A DNA stretch of 63,376 nt, filler included, from Octopus bimaculoides (taxonomy: Eukaryota): NCBI RefSeq assembly GCF_001194135.2. It is 4 parts of 4 records of this genome, joined end to end, with 100 filler letters (N's around TTAATTAATTAA, not from the genome) between each part and the next. Parts side by side here need not be neighbours in the genome. Positions count along the whole stretch, not along the records: positions 48,444 to 63,376 come from NC_068989.1; 3 more parts are not named here. One strand, 5' to 3'. The position numbers were made by a program, and so were the translations under genes. The notes beneath the pieces are model-generated. The model was not told the DNA's origin. It was given only the letters and a program-made list of their open reading frames with translations, and did no database searches. This document shows positions 62,156 to 63,376 of the stretch, in pieces. The number at the start of each line of letters is the position of its first letter. The first letter of the stretch is position 1.

Positions 62156-62584
62156 ACTGATCTTATTGGCCCTCTTTCACCAAGTCACTAAGTTACGGGG
62201 ACGTAAAGAAACCAACACTGGATGTTAAGCGGGGGGAGGGGCGATATATGTATAATTCCACGCTGTTTCCGTCTAACTTATTCACTCGTAAGGCATAGAT
62301 TATAGTAGAAGGCACTTGCTAACAGTGCCGCACAGTGGAACCCGAAACCACGCCGTTGCAAAGCCTGCATCTTATCCATATTTTGTTATCCTATCCCATC
62401 CAGTATGTGTCTCTTATGTGAACGAGTATTCTATACAAAAATATAAAAGAAAACATTAAAAATTCAAGGCGGGATCCCAGCATGACCGTAGTCTAATGAC
62501 TGCAACAAATAAAAGAGAAAAATCAAATTATATTACAGTCGTGGATATAAGTATGGAAGATAGATGTGAAAATTGGAATTTTTA

Positions 62585-62800
62585 CATTCTTTTCTACTCT
62601 AGGAACAAGGCCCGAAATTTTGGGGGAGGCAGTCGATTAGATCGACTCCAGTACGCAACTGGTACTTGCTTTATCGACCTAGAAAGGATGAAAGGCAAAG
62701 TCGACTTCGGCAGAATTTTAAACTCAGAACATAAGGACAGATGAAGTACCGCTAATCATTTCGCCTGGCGTGCTAACGATTCTGCCAGCTCGCCGACTTC
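62585..62800 (-). mobile_element. SINE family A
   Basis: GGCCCGAAATTTT...GAAAGGATGAAAGGCAAAGTCGAC...TTCTGCCAGCTCGCCG. Confidence 0.85.
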
Positions 62801-62899
62801 GAATTTTTTATATTAAATCCCCAGTTATATTTAATTTGCAATATACTACTACATGTCCAATAGTTTGGAACATAGGTGATAAAGTTTATCTTGAACATA

Positions 62900-63110
62900 T
62901 CTTTTATCTTTTACTTGTTTCGGTCATTTGACTGCGGCCATGCTGGGACAACGCCTTGAAGGGATTTAGTCGAACAACTCAACTCAAGGACTTTATTTAA
63001 GCCTAGTGCTTATTCTGCCGGTCTTTTACCGAACCGCTAAGCTAAGGGGACGTAAACACACCAACACCGGTTGTCAAGTAGTGGTGAGGGAACACACACA
63101 CACAAACACA
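62900..63110 (-). mobile_element. SINE family B 3' half
   Basis: TTTTACTTGTTTCGGTCATTTGACTGCGGCCATGCTGG...GGTTGTCAAG. Confidence 0.85.
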
Positions 63111-63192
63111 CATACATACATAGGAATACAAAATACAAAATGGCTGACAGTTAGCAAGGTGAGACACACATAAGAAAGAAGAAAGCAAAGGA

Positions 63193-63232
63193 CCACTGAT
63201 GAGGTCACAGAAGTGTGACGAAAGAACTCTGG
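63193..63232 (+). ncRNA. Minimal type I hammerhead ribozyme candidate
   Basis: CCA-CTGATGA-G-GTCAC(AGAAGT)GTGAC-GAAA-GAAC-TC-TGG; core nucleotides intact, stem III minimal. Confidence 0.5.
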
Positions 63233-63376
63233 CCGAAATAGGATTAATGTAATATAATGTAATATAATATAAAGCTGAAGCAAATTAACACCAAATATAC
63301 AGTGCGTGTGTTTTTATTGGCTAAACTGGCAATATGACCATCCCCAAGTACAACAACATATATATATATATATATA

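Overview
AT-rich, gapped eukaryotic scaffold window (12 N-gaps, three with an artificial TTAATTAATTAA spacer), dominated by microsatellites and decayed mobile elements. The SINE families and microsatellite load look like an octopod (Octopus) genome; this is recognition from memory, not a database result. No multi-exon gene could be assembled. The only credible host protein-coding candidate is an intronless 164-aa ORF (53104-53598, +) in a ~2-kb repeat-free island. It has two CCAAT boxes 33 bp apart upstream, a U-rich downstream region, and an ARF-like myristoylation helix, PP1 RVxF motif and beta-TrCP DSGxxS degron. Mobile elements: three tRNA-derived SINE families (one in head-to-tail arrays, one with an internal microsatellite); R4/Dong-type LINE fragments at (TAA)n; RTE, Tx1/L1, Penelope-like and Gypsy remnants; an internally deleted piggyBac with perfect TIRs and TTAA TSDs; mariner and hAT MITEs; Helentron-type non-autonomous elements; and a long-TIR element carrying telomere-like repeats nested in an RTE LINE. 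Other points of interest are several hammerhead-ribozyme-like motifs, an inverted pair of octamer-CCAAT composite sites and a miRNA-like hairpin. Boundaries of decayed elements are approximate (read by eye).
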